DNA from: Octopus vulgaris
Taxonomy: Eukaryota
Assembly: GCA_951406725.2 (NCBI GenBank)
Contig: OX597815.1
Span: 16,430,001 to 16,494,000 of the forward strand
Reading direction: 5' to 3'
Length of the DNA stretch: 64,000 nucleotides
The notes under the pieces are model-generated. The model did not search any database. It worked only from the letters and a program-made list of their open reading frames with translations, and was not told the DNA's origin. This document shows positions 1 to 11,980 of the stretch, piece after piece (within the stretch, counting starts at the first letter, position 1; every line of letters begins with the position of its first letter). A program made the translations under genes and the position numbers.

Positions 1-377
1 GCTCGGGTTTGTAAGGGAAATAACTATATAAGCATTTTTAGAGATGTAAAGTATAATAGCCATCTCAATATGGCTAACCACAAAGGGGGGTGGGGGTTAC
101 TGTAGCTTTTTACGTTCTGAGATTTAATAATAAATTTTTACAGAGTTACTTCCCTTATATATGCCAAAAATGCATTAAAAATGGGAAAAATTATGGTAAT
201 TTTTTTTTTTAATCGTAGACTCATTGTAGACGCGCGCTAATACCCAGAAGGGCTCGATATGAATCACGACTATAAGATACCCGGTTTTGGTTAAACTGCA
301 TCGCAAAATGTGGGAGTAGTTAGGAATCTAAATTGTAGGAGACAGACAGCACACAACCTCTCTTTTATATATAAAGA
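1..377 (-). mobile_element. Non-autonomous Helitron-like element, 5' end (continues off the window)
   Basis: Minus strand reads A|TCTTTATATATAAAAGAGAGGTTGTGTGCTGTCTGTC: a TC start after A, in the same style as the complete Helitron at 16679. Confidence 0.55.
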
Positions 378-634
378 TTTTTCCTTTGCAGAATTGAAGC
401 CGATCACTAACAAAGTAGCAAAGCTCTTCCGTTTACGTCAAGACAGTTTACTGGAATTAGCTGTTACCCGATTTGGTTGTGGTATGCATATCTATGAGCG
501 CGTTGTAAGCATACATATGCGCGTGTTTGTACGCATGTATTCACGTATGGCTAAACTTGCACTCATAAGTGTATTGACACTATAAAACACAGGTGTATGT
601 GTGTGTGTTTTATTACTGTTTATGTGGGTACGTT

Positions 635-969
635 TGTGAAGGAGCATGGCTCAGTGGTTAGAGCGTCGAGTTTACGATCGTGAGGTTGTGAGTTCGAATC
701 CCGGACCGGGCTGCGTGTTGTGTTCTTGAGCAAGACACTTTATTTCACGTTGCTCTAGTTCACTCAGCTGTAGAAATGAGTTGTGACGTCACTGGTGCCA
801 AGCCATATTGGCCTTTCCCTTGGATAACACTGGTGGCGTGGAGAGGGGAGGCCGGTATGCTTGGGCGACTGCTGGTCCTCCATAAGCAACCTTGCCCGGA
901 CTTGTGCATGGGAGGGTAACTTTCTAGGTGCAATCGCATGGTCAGTCATGACCGAAGGGGGTCTCAGCA
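635..969 (+). mobile_element. tRNA-derived SINE (family D)
   Basis: A box TGGCTCAGTGG, B box GTTCGAATCC, body GTGTTCTTGAGCAAGACACTT; 15-bp TSD ttatgtgggta(c/t)gtt at 620-634 and 970-984; reverse copy at 45915-46270. Confidence 0.85.
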
Positions 970-1346
970 TTATGTGGGTATGTTCATAAATATTCCACAT
1001 GTATGCATGGATGCATGGATGTATATAGGTATGTGTTATGTATGTTATATAATATTATTTCTAGATTTCTTGCCAATAGAGTAAGAACAGATTTTTAGAT
1101 CCCCTTAATGGAGTTTTTTTAATTTTATGTGTTGCATGTCTATATGTACTAATATGCTAAACTTTTGGAAAGGCTTACATAATTTGACAGTTACATTCAT
1201 GGCTTGTGTCTGCAGTCTTCTAATTAGTTTTCTCCGGTCTGCTTTTGCGAACCCTGTCCATGCATGCAAGTATGCCTGAATATTTGTGTTTGGGGGTGGG
1301 GGTGGGGGGTTGCGTGCGTGCATGTGTGAATGTAAGAGTTGGATAC

Positions 1347-1393
1347 ATCGTCGGTCTCGATGATGACGTTCAGCCATTCGACCAACTGAATTC
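1347..1393 (-). CDS. 47-nt internal coding exon (G)IQLVEWLNVIIETDD, DEP-domain-like
   Basis: Acceptor tgcttttacgaacAG| and candidate donor |GTATCC. Phase 1 start matches the phase 1 end of the exon at 10937. The join reads LLPRFIGIQLVEWL, resembling the DEP motif FxGxxLVxWL. The donor position is less certain. Confidence 0.6.
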
Positions 1394-2017
1394 CTGTTCG
1401 TAAAAGCAATTGAGAATCAAGCAGGCACGTTTACCTTTTAAGTAATTCTCGGGTCGAATTACAGTGATAAGGCTGGAAAACACGGAATATCCTTACACCG
1501 CAGACTTCTTTAGACAATACCGAAATATATACGCCAAAATATTAATTACCTTTTAATTAGATATAGTAGGACTTCGTAAGGACAGGAATACACCAAAATT
1601 TAAAATGCGGTTTGAGGAGGCTACATATGTCTAATTTGAAAACAGTTTTTAAAAAAATTTTCAAGAACTTGCTTCCCAAAACCGAAGCACGCTTTATAAG
1701 CTCACGCAACTTATACATTAATCATAGGAAAGCAATTATTACCAGATAAAGATAGCTTACCATCAGCCATAAGCTTTTCTCTTATTTCCCAAGCGAAAAT
1801 AGAAGGATTTTCTAATTTATATTCCTCGATTTTTGCCACAACATTTGGTGTGGCCACTTTAGGCTTGCTGCCACCAATTGTTCCATATCGACCGGAAAAT
1901 ATGGCTGGGTCGCAAAATCCGCCTGTAAAATAAATAAATAAATAAATAAAATAAATATAAATACATATGATATTTATGTGTTTGTATGCACAAATACATG
2001 GATACGTATAGGTATAA

Positions 2018-2358
2018 TCTCTCCCTTCTTCCCTCCTTCTCTCCTTCTCTCCTTCCCTCCCTCTCTCCTTCTATACCTCCCTCCCTCTCTCTTTCCCTCT
2101 CTCTTTCCCTCTCTCTTTCCCTCCCTCCTTCCCCCCTCTCTCTCTCCTTCCCTCCCTCTCTCCTTCCCTCCCTCTCTCCTTCCCTCCCTCTCTTCTTCCC
2201 TCCCTCTCTCCTTCCCTCCCTCTCTCCTTCTATCCCTCCCTCCCTCTCTCCTTCCCTCCCTCCTCCCCCTCTCTCCTTCCCCCATCTCTCTCCTTCCCTC
2301 CCTCTCTTCTTCCCGCCCTCTCTCCTTCCCGCCCTCTCTCCTCCCTCCCTCCCTCCTC
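2018..2358. repeat. Polypyrimidine/polypurine tract (CCCT/CTCT low complexity)
   Basis: About 340 nt almost only C/T on the plus strand. Confidence 0.95.
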
Positions 2359-2539
2359 ACACGCACACACAAATGCGATTCAGTTGAATTAGGTACTTTA
2401 ACTGAGGTACCCCGTTAGGTCGAAACATTGTATCTGACAATCCACGAGCGTTCACAGCAAAGCCCTGTGTTTTTAACACGTCAGACTCTTTGAGATGTTT
2501 CTCTAAGACAAAATATTACTGCTAGTGCCGTTCTACGTT

Positions 2540-2776
2540 CTACACACACAGACACACACACAACACACGCGCACACACACACATGCGCGCACATGCACGC
2601 ACACATACATAGGCACTTTAGTCTAAAGTGGTTTCCAGTCCGTTTATTAATATACATGCATATACATATAAATATACATGTGTGTGTATGTCTATATGTG
2701 TGTGCTTACATGCACTCATACATACATATATACATACATGCATACACACACACACATATATACATAGATACATATA

Positions 2777-2833
<57 letters not shown>

Positions 2834-2950
2834 GCATGTATATATATATATATGTATATATATATACGCACACATATACATACATACATATATGTATGTG
2901 TGTATGTATCCATGTGGCTATGTATGCATGCGCCTATGTGTGTGATATAG
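2540..2950. repeat. Compound (CA)n/(TA)n/(TATG)n microsatellite region
   Basis: Read directly from the sequence. Confidence 0.9.
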
Positions 2951-3405
2951 AGGGTTACATATCTGACCAAGTTTTCAAGTCTTTTGGTTGACAGCGCACA
3001 TTAGGTGACCGTTAAGAAATTTGCTGACGTGCGTAGTCAGTCAGTCGTTCGTTTACCGAAATCTTGTTCACATAATCAAATGCCCTTTGCCTTACATATA
3101 ACATATTTATATATTAGATTCGACATACATTTAATACAATCGTGTAATGAGCAATTCTATGTTTGCCCCACAAAATATTCAAAACCTCTCGATATCTATA
3201 TATGGAAGGACTCATTTAAAACTCTGTTGGACTTTTGGACTTTACTCAAAGGATATTGGAATATTGCATATATACCGTTATGCCTAAAAAATGGATTTAC
3301 AACTTAAATACCCATACATATATTGCATCTATTTTCTTTCCTCCACCTCACTCTCTATTTTGTATCACATCTAAACTAACTATGACTTAACCATCCTCTC
3401 ACACC

Positions 3406-3457
3406 GTCTCCGATAAAGGGATCTAATTAATATATATCCTAGAAACAGCTGTAAGAC
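3406..3457 (+). ncRNA. Degenerate minimal hammerhead ribozyme motif (PLE pLTR type)
   Basis: gtct-CCGATAA-a-gggat...atcct-a-GAAA-cagctg-TA-agac; same family as the intact copy at 34988, with a mutated core. Confidence 0.6.
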
Positions 3458-3513
3458 CTAAATGCTCTAATATCTATACAGCCTTGGTTTTTAATCTTAT
3501 TACGCAAACAATT

Positions 3514-3580
<67 letters not shown>

Positions 3581-3949
3581 GTGTGTGCGTGTGCGCGCGT
3601 GTAGATAACATGATAGGTAGACCAGTGGTTTATAAAATTAACTAACATTGTACAGCAAATTTAGATTCCCCGCCATCTTTTTTGCTTTGAGAACGAGCTT
3701 TTTTCTGTTAACCGAAAATTATATTCTACAGTTGTCGATCATATTTTCAGTTAGGTTATACTGCTTACTGTGATAAACTGTTAATTGATAGCATATTATT
3801 ATCTGTTATTAAATTAAATGGTTTTGTATCTATAATGGAGTTAATGAATACCAGCCACTGTTGCTTAATAATGGAAAATACGTAAACATTTTTTATATAT
3901 TACAATTGAATATTATGAATCATACAGTTGTATGACAGTCATAACATGG

Positions 3950-4237
3950 AAACACATACTCATTAGATATAAAATGTGATTCAATATTTATGAAATCTTT
4001 TCTTAAATTGGTTAGGTGTCTAACAGTATGCATAATTATAAACACATGGATAATAAGTATATAGAAATTAATTCTAAAGTTATAAAAGTCGGTCAAAGAA
4101 TCTTTTTAAAATTATATCCTCAGTTAAAAATTTAAAAAATAGATATTTTTTATACCAATCTAAATTTAAGTAAAAATGATAAGGCAATTTATAATAATAG
4201 AAGGGAAATAACCCACATTGATTCCCTTTCTAATCCA

Positions 4238-4332
<95 letters not shown>

Positions 4333-4800
4333 TGATGATGATGATGATGATGAAAATCAAAATAATAGAAATGATAAAAGTAAGAATAGTATAAAGATAT
4401 TAATAAAAATTGTGATTGCAGGATTAAAGAAAATTGTAAACTTAATAATAACTGTAAACAAGACAACCAGGTATATAGGAGTGTAGTTGAATTTATTACA
4501 TAAGTCCAACTGAAACTCACTTGAAACGGAGAATTGCGAACCATGAGATTTGTTTTAGAAATAAGCATAAAATCAATAATACTAATCTCAGCAAATTTAT
4601 ATGGATGTCAAAAGATAATGGGAAAAATTATAGAATTAATTGAGAGGTTGTAAATCATGCCAGAACTTATCAAAGTTCAGACAGGAAATGTCAATTATGC
4701 GCAGAAGAAATTTTTCAAATAAAATCTAAACATAGATTAACTCTACGAAAGAAAATATTTTAGCTTGTTGTCACTACTCGAAGTATGCTTTTAGAAAATT
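3950..4800 (+). mobile_element. Penelope-like retroelement remnant (RT-EN linker and GIY-YIG endonuclease), interrupted by (AAT)n
   Basis: Translations KNCDCRIKENCKLNNNCKQDNQVYRS and YISPTETHLKRRIANHEICFRNKHKINNTNLSKFIW...CQLCAEE match the PLE pattern CxCRxKxxCPL / YIGxTExxFKxRxxNH / LSKxIW / CxLC; contains stops and frameshifts. Confidence 0.75.
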
Positions 4801-5020
4801 TAATGAATAAATAAATAAATAAATAAATATATAAATAAATAACAAAACTAACATTAGACATATAAGCATGAAATATATAATATCTAAACACAAATTAATT
4901 AACTCAGGAAGAGTGAATATTTTAACTTGTTGGAACTAACCTAAGTATATTTTAGAAAATTTAATAAAAATTAATAAATAAAAATAAAAATAAACATTAA
5001 TGATATAAATATAATATGAT

Positions 5021-5260
5021 ACAATTGCAGCGTGGAAGGTGTTTATAACCATTTAAAGACGCACAAAAACCGTTAGATTCACTCCAACATTTAAATTTGA
5101 TTTGCCAAAATATTTTCGTCGCTTTGAGACGAAATTCCGTGCTGCATCAGATGCAGTTTTTGTGTGTTTTTAAATGGCTTATAAACATCTTCCACGCTGC
5201 AATTGTTTTTGGTTCAGCACACGATCTCAGATCAGTTCACTTGCTATGCAAGTACATCTC
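5021..5260. mobile_element. Fold-back element, internally deleted copy of 10574-10917
   Basis: Shares ACAATTGCAGCGTGGAAGGTG / CTTCCACGCTGCAATTGT arms and the CAGCACACGATCTCAGATC...GCAAGTACATCT tail. Confidence 0.8.
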
Positions 5261-5717
5261 CATAACATAATATAATAAGTATAACTTAATTTACAAACAT
5301 AGGATAAAAATAATATAAATATAAATAATATATACTATATATTATGTAACATAATATTTAAATATCAATTTAATAATAATATTAAGTATTGATCTTTATT
5401 AATTAATCAGATAATATAATACATCTTATTTTAGATGCAAATATTATAAATCTATCGATAACACTAATCTTGATGACGTGATACACTTAATATATCTACG
5501 TAGTAATCTTAAATGCGTGTAACGTAAACCCGCATACATATATGTGTTCTCTCTCCCACACACTTAAGTATATAATGTTATATAGAATAAATTATGAATC
5601 AATAACTAAATACAAATATAATTACTTTACTAATCATCTTACTGTTTTATATTATAATAATTATGATTGACTTTTATGATTGATTTTTTAAAATGAATTA
5701 GATACAAGAATATAAGG

Positions 5718-5786
<69 letters not shown>

Positions 5787-5789
<3 letters not shown>

Positions 5790-6049
5790 AGAATTCACGA
5801 AAAAAAAAAAAAGACGAAGACAGGTGGTGTAGAAAACAAACATATGTATTAGTATAACGTTCGGGAACTGAAAATGTCTTCTACGTTTCGAGCCAACGCT
5901 CTTCTACAGAAAGGGACACAGAAAAAAACAAGGAGAGAAACAAGGAGAGAAAAAAAATGTGTGTAGTGGCCAACGATCTATCATGGCGACAGCCGGACAG
6001 AAGGGTCAAACAGGAGAGCGAAGAAGTAGGGGAGATAACAAAGTAAAAG

Positions 6050-6050
<1 letters not shown>
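5787..6050 (-). mobile_element. Short PLE pLTR-like element between (TA)n tracts, with minimal hammerhead (5878-5913)
   Basis: Minus strand: cttt-CTGTAGA-a-gagc gttg gctc-GAAA-cg-TA-gaag. Related copies at 13470-13610, 46375-46570 and 51215-51380. Confidence 0.7.
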
Positions 6051-6084
<34 letters not shown>

Positions 6085-6097
6085 CTTTTGTTGCATG

Positions 6098-6391
6098 ATA
6101 CTTATTCTATTGGCATCTTTTGCCGAGCGGCTAAGTTACGGGGTCGTAAGCAAACCAACAAAGCTTGTCAAGTAGAACAAACACAAAGACACATGCACAC
6201 GCGCGCATACACACACGCACGCACGCACACGCGCGCGTATACGATGAACTTTCCGTTTACCAGATCCACTCATAAGGTCGGCCAAGGGCTACAGTAGAAA
6301 ATAATTGCACAAGGTACTACACAGTGGGACTGAACGCAAGACCACATGATCGGGAGGCAAGCTTCTTAACTACACATCCACTCCTGTGCCT
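6098..6391 (-). mobile_element. SINE family B, diverged
   Basis: Homologous to the full copy at 41580-42010. Confidence 0.75.
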
Positions 6392-8228
6392 AACGTTTAT
6401 TTTATTTTTGTATTTTTCGCAAATCAGAGGGCTAATAAGTTCATTTTGATAATTACGACCCCTCCTCATGGACGAAATCTTGACTCTACCCACGAAAAGG
6501 TATCAGTTTATACCATTTTTGTAAAATGGTGAAGGTGATAATTTTCTATGAAAGTCTGGCTTTTTTACTAACAGTATGACTTTCTTGACACAAAAATATA
6601 CCTGTTGTCCTATTGATATCACTGAAATCAAGGGAGGCTTCGATAAATTCTGAACATATTGTGTACATCGCCATTGGTTCCGAAGATGAGCATTTAGTTT
6701 GGAAACTCCCAACCTTTTTAATACTGGGCCAGATCCAAAAACCTGGATGCTTTTAGGGGTTTGCACCAAAAATGTAAAACGCAAGTCAATTCAAGAAAAT
6801 TTTATAATATTTATAGAGGGAAGTCCGTAGCAAAAAATAGTAGAGCAATGGAATTTAATGTGAAACTTGATTCTGCCTTCGAATTTCAACTAGTCTGTCG
6901 AATTTATGAACTTCAGTAAATAATTTTTGCTGAGCCAATCAAATATTAACAAAAATTAGCTAACACTTTGTTACTGATACGTTTGCGATCATTTATTTAG
7001 TGGAAGGACAAATACTTTTTAATGTATCTCACCAAAAGAATACGAAACATAGAAAATAATAAGACTCGAGGAAGACGAAAAGAAGTAATTGTTAAAATCA
7101 TACGGAAGGGGGAAAATATTCCAAATCTATTTCTGTGAATTATTTATTTGTTTGTTTGCTTAAAATTGAAGAACGTCTGACAATAGTGCAGCTGTTTTAT
7201 GAGTTATTTCTCAAGACAGTGCAATATTCTTGATGGCCACATTAATAGACACAGCTTCTTCTTTTACTCTCTCTTTTCTCTTCAAGGAAATAAAGTGGTT
7301 CTAGAATAGAGCCTGACTGACATTAATAGGTAACAGGTTGTGGGAGAGGGCAACACTCAATTAAATAAAGTAAAGATGGAACTGAAGATATTGAAAAGGA
7401 ATGAAGCATTGTGTAGGTAATAATGATAGACAATAATCGTAACATTAGCTAGACAAGCAACCAATGCGCAGTCTGAGTAGATGATGGCTTTGACACAGGA
7501 AAGCCTATTGTGTTCTTGTGTCTATTGTACTTTCTATTATATTACTTTTCAAGCCCAATGAAAATTGATCGCTGATCAAGCCAGGCACCTGTTTGTCTGT
7601 TGTCTTTTAATGTTTTTAGTGCTTTGGATTCCAGATTTCAGTGGCAAGGAGATTTATTCCATTCTCTCCAGATGGCAGTCGACTTAATAATTCAGATTCT
7701 CATAGACTACGTTAATGGAAATACATAACACTTTTATTTTCATCACAATATTTAGTGTGAATGCATACATATACTCACCACATTCTCATATACACACATG
7801 CATATATACACGTATACACATACACAGAAATACGCACGCACCTACATACGTATATGCAAATACATATATATCTAAATATGCATACATATATACAAACCTG
7901 CGCGCGCAGGCACATACACACACACACACTCGTAATATTGTGCTGTATCATTTGCTCACAATGTTATTTCCTTTTGATTTTTTAAAACAAAAATGCGCTA
8001 GTGTTTGTGTATTTATGCATGTGTGTTTGTGTGTGCGTGCGTGCGTGAACGAGACTAGAGTTTCACACTCTTACGATATTCGAATGAGTTCCCACCCGAT
8101 CATGGTCGTGCCATGAAACTTGTGTCACAAGACAAGGGAACTCAGATAAATCCCATATTCGGCAGCATGTGCTGACGTCTCCATTTTCCTTTTGTCAAAA
8201 ACTAGATATTTGGAATACACACACACAT

Positions 8229-8316
<88 letters not shown>

Positions 8317-8346
8317 ACGCGCGCGTGCCTTTTTCTTTTTATATTT

Positions 8347-8603
8347 ATTGGTCTCGCATGTGTTGGCACCACAAGGGTGCCAACACATGCGAGACCAATG
8401 GGATCGCTGCTGCAGAAGACCGCAGACAAACCAGGAAGAACAGAGCTAACAACCCTGTAGCAGGCGCTACCATTCCCTGTCCACGCTGTCAAAGACTCTT
8501 TCGGGTGCAGATTGGCCTCACTAGCCATCTGCGGACTCACAAAACAAGCCCACCCCCCACCCCAGGATGACTAGATGGTCTTCGTCGCATCGACGGACAA
8601 ACT
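8347..8603 (+). mobile_element. RTE-clade LINE 3' end, with a 5' fold-back duplication
   Basis: C-terminal IPCPRCQRLFRVQIGLTSHLRTH zinc-finger-like motif typical of RTE ORF ends, then the 3'UTR GGTCTTCGTCGCATCGACGGAC. Confidence 0.8.
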
Positions 8604-9027
8604 GCATTCCTTCTAGAATGAGGGAGTTGGTTTTTAGCAAAGGATAAAAAATTCCATTATAGGGACTTTGTATAACAACAATGGTAATTGCAACGCATAT
8701 TTTTACTTTTCTATGTACAGAGTGTATCAGTAAAATTCGCGTCAGCCAGTCTCTTTCTTTACTTGAAAATTCTAGTTCTTTGTAACAAGGGTGCAGAAGT
8801 TGCAGTTTTCGAAGCAGTTATCCAAACATATTCTCCTCGTTCATTTTGGAAGTGGTGTTTGCATCTGTGGAGCAACTAACTGCTATAACTGTACATAACT
8901 TTTTTGTATCCCACAAAAGCTGTCGGCTTAGCCACTTTTGTACTTGGTACATGTTTTGATGGGGATATTGCGCCAGTATTACTTCAACTGATATGTATGT
9001 ATATATGTATGTATGTATGTTATGTCA

Positions 9028-9577
9028 GGTCACTTTCGGGTGCTACTGGTAACATGTAACCCAGTACAACCTGTTGCATGGTCGGGTCGTTGGCGACTAA
9101 ACCGGCAACCCCACCAAGCTTGCTTGGTGAGGAGGGTGTTTATTGGACACCCTACGGGATGAAAAACAAAGCCTATCAAAGGGCGGAGGAACTCTTGAGA
9201 GTCAACAGCCATCCAATAAATGTCTTAAGGATGTATCATGCGCGGGGACATAGAAATAATCGGACTGAATACCCGACCGCGCGGTTAAACCATTGGGAGT
9301 GAAGGACTCCTAGCCTTTGTTAGGACATCCTTCTCGGAGAAGGTAACTCAGGTAACTGGGATAACTCCGAGATAAAACCTGCGGCTCAGTGGTTACCGAT
9401 GATGTTGACTTGTTCTTCTTTTCGGATTATGGCTGCTGTTGCTTAGTGAGTGGGATTGACTCAGTGCACAGCCTTTCCTCACTTTAAAAATTTTTTTTCT
9501 TGCACAGGCATTGCACGATAACAACATTGATTAAGCTTCGTGCAGTGGCCATACTCGATAACGAGGGGGTAGCCACC
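9028..9577 (+). mobile_element. Interspersed repeat family E (retroelement-like), embedded in (TATG)n
   Basis: Homologous to 20248-20740; the 5' 80 nt are highly similar between the two copies. Confidence 0.7.
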
Positions 9578-10261
9578 ATGTATGTATGTATGTATGTATG
9601 TATGTATGTATGTATGTATGTATGTATGTATGTATGTATGTATGTATGTATGTATGTATGCATGCATGCGTGCATATGCAGTCAAATACATACGAACATA
9701 CATATATGTGCATACATAACACAAACATATAAGTATATAAATGGATATTTTGATTCTACAGAAATATGGAAGATGAAGGCTAAACGAAACTTCTTTAATA
9801 AGAGCGAAGAAAGAAAGGTGCATTTCTGTGGTCACTCGACCAGATAAAAAACCAACAAAAATGTCTCTCCCACCATACCCTACCGTCTTAAAGAAGGCTG
9901 AATAAAGTACTTTTAGAGATACTAGCCTAAAAACATAGAAAGACGTGCTTGTCATGGCAGGAACATCTCTCAATGACCAATATTATTTTAATCATATCGG
10001 CAAGTACGGGAGACAAGTTCAGCATGTTTCGGTCATCTTAGACCTCCTTAGCGTAGCGATGACTTCATTAGATTTAACGAAATAGCGATGAGAGAATAAC
10101 TAAAATAGCAATTAAAAAAATAATAATATCTGAAGAAATTTGCTCAGAGACATCATTATCACAAAACACAATCGTTAAGCTAGTGCTCATGTATTTTCTT
10201 CATCACATAATTTATTGATTCTCATACTCTATGACGCCCATTACATCATATATGTTAATGT

Positions 10262-10552
10262 TTACTCTTTTACTCTTTTACTTGTTTCAGTCATCTGACT
10301 GCGGCCATGCTGGAGCACCGCCTTTAATCGAGCAACTCGACCCCGGGACTTATTTTTTTGTAAGCCCAGTACTTATTCTATCGGTATCTTTTGCCGAACC
10401 GCTAAGTAACGGGGACGTAAACACACCAGCATCGGTTGTCAAGCAATGCTAGGCGGACAAACACAGACACACAAACATACACGCACACACACATATATAT
10501 ACATATATACATATATACGACGGACTTCTTTCAGTTTCCGCCTACCAAATCC
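10262..10552 (-). mobile_element. SINE family B, 5'-truncated
   Basis: Reverse complement of the 3' part of 41580-42010, including the GAAACAAGTAAAAGAG tail. Confidence 0.85.
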
Positions 10553-10573
10553 TCGTTTGTCTGTATAAATATA

Positions 10574-10917
10574 ACAATTGCAGCGTGGAAGGTGTTTATA
10601 AGCCATTTAAGAAACACACAAAACCGTTAGATTCACTTCAACATGTAAATTTAATTTATCAAAATATTTTCGTCGCTTTGGGACCGCGACCTGTTCACTG
10701 ACAAAGCTTCGTGCTGCATTTGTTAGTGAACAGCTTTGTCAGTGAACAGGTCGCGGTCTCAAAGCGACGAAAATATTTTGACGAATTAAATTTATATGTT
10801 GAAGTGAATCTAACGGTTTTTGTGTGTTTCTTAAATGGCTCATAAACACCTTCCACGCTGCAACTGTTTTCGTTCCAGCACACGATCTCAGATCAAATCA
10901 CTCGCTATGCAAGTACA
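10574..10917. mobile_element. Fold-back PLE-type element with about 136-bp inverted arms, each carrying a hammerhead-like motif
   Basis: Arms 10573-10708 and 10732-10868; 14-bp TSD TCTGTATAAATATA at 10560-10573 and 10918-10931; motifs at 10735-10785 (+) and 10655-10705 (-). Confidence 0.8.
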
Positions 10918-10936
10918 TCTGTATAAATATACTTAC

Positions 10937-11249
10937 CGATAAAACGAGGAAGCAGTTCTGCCGAGAGACATATCTGACGAGAGAGACCTGCGTTGAGGAA
11001 AGCGGCGTTCTGTAAGGAAGGATGTGTGGAGGTTATGCCGCTCATGGACGATAAAAACGGGTTGGCGTTGGCACCGTGGAACGATGAAAGGTTTCCGGTA
11101 GGAATACCGAATGAATGACGGACAGCTTCCGATGATAGAGGCGGTGGTGGTGGCGGTGGCGGTGGAGGCAGCGGTGGTGGTGGTGGAGGTGGCGGTGGGG
11201 GAGTATGATGGTTACTGTCACTGTTGTTAATTACTTCGTCTTCTGCCAT
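10937..11249 (-). CDS. First coding exon of a host gene: polyproline-rich N-terminus leading into a DEP-like domain
   Basis: ATG at 11249. Mixed-codon polyproline MAEDEV...PPPP...LLPRFI. Strong donor G|GTAAGT (intron starts 10936). Upstream acceptors tctattttctgtttctcaAG (exon from 11280) or ttttAG (from 11261). Confidence 0.75.
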
Positions 11250-11361
11250 AATTCCGTTGAGCTAAAAGAGGGGTTTTTCCCTTGAGAAACAGAAAATAGA
11301 ATTTTTGGAAAAAGCAGTATTTTAAAAATGGAAGAAGACAAAATTAATTTTTTTTAAAATA

Positions 11362-11462
11362 CAGTAGAATTCGCCTAATTACTCACCCCTATGAGAAAAT
11401 TGAAAGTGACGAATTAGGTGAAGTAACGAATTAGCCAAAGACGAATTAGGCTAATTCTACTG
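11362..11462. mobile_element. pogo/Tc1-like MITE
   Basis: TIRs CAGTAGAATT / AATTCTACTG with TA on both sides. Confidence 0.75.
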
Positions 11463-11911
11463 TATTAATGTTAACTAATAAATTTTACTTATGATTTATT
11501 TATTTATTAAATTTCTTTTTTTTTTTAATGTGGAAGAATTGACTAAGCTTTTGGCTGATTTGAAACCATTTAATGACCATTCTACAGCAATCAATATTTT
11601 GTTTTGTTTTTTGTAATGGGATTTCAATTTAATTGAAAAAAAATCTTGTGCAATATTATTTACAACTCCCTATTTCGTTTGTACTTGATGCAACTAAATA
11701 AAATGACTATATTGATTGTATATTTCAAGAGACATGAATTAAAAAAAAAAAATTTGTTTAAATTTATGTTTGATTATTTTTGTATCATGACTTAAGATAT
11801 TTACTTGTTTTTTTAGATTCTCATAATAAATTAAATAAATTGTCTCAAATTTACCTAATATAGCGTATCTTGATTTTTGAAATGTTATTCTCGGCTACAA
11901 TATTTTAAGTA

Positions 11912-11980
11912 CAGTAGAATTTTAATTCTAAGTATTTTTTTAGTTTTCTTTAGAGATGACAAATTAGGCAAATTCTACTG
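11912..11980. mobile_element. pogo/Tc1-like MITE, second shorter copy
   Basis: Same CAGTAGAATT / AATTCTACTG TIRs with TA TSD. Confidence 0.7.

Noticed and set aside
641-705. tRNA-like sequences here and at other SINE heads
   Set aside because: They continue into SINE bodies with TSDs and lack a clean cloverleaf, so they are not tRNA genes.
1337-1346. U12-type donor (GTATCC)
   Set aside because: It reads GTATCCAAC rather than GTATCCTT, and the branch point and acceptor are not identifiable in the window.
1974-2418. ORFs of 132-146 aa rich in R/E/G or P/S/L
   Set aside because: They are translations of a polypyrimidine low-complexity tract.
10020-10052. Further hammerhead-like fragments (also about 17460, 33195, 44725, 45295)
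   Set aside because: The core or stems are too decayed or truncated to call individually.
10905-10936. C-terminal KYIYTDVLA of the listed 114-aa ORF
   Set aside because: It is read-through past a consensus GTAAGT donor into the intron and TSD.
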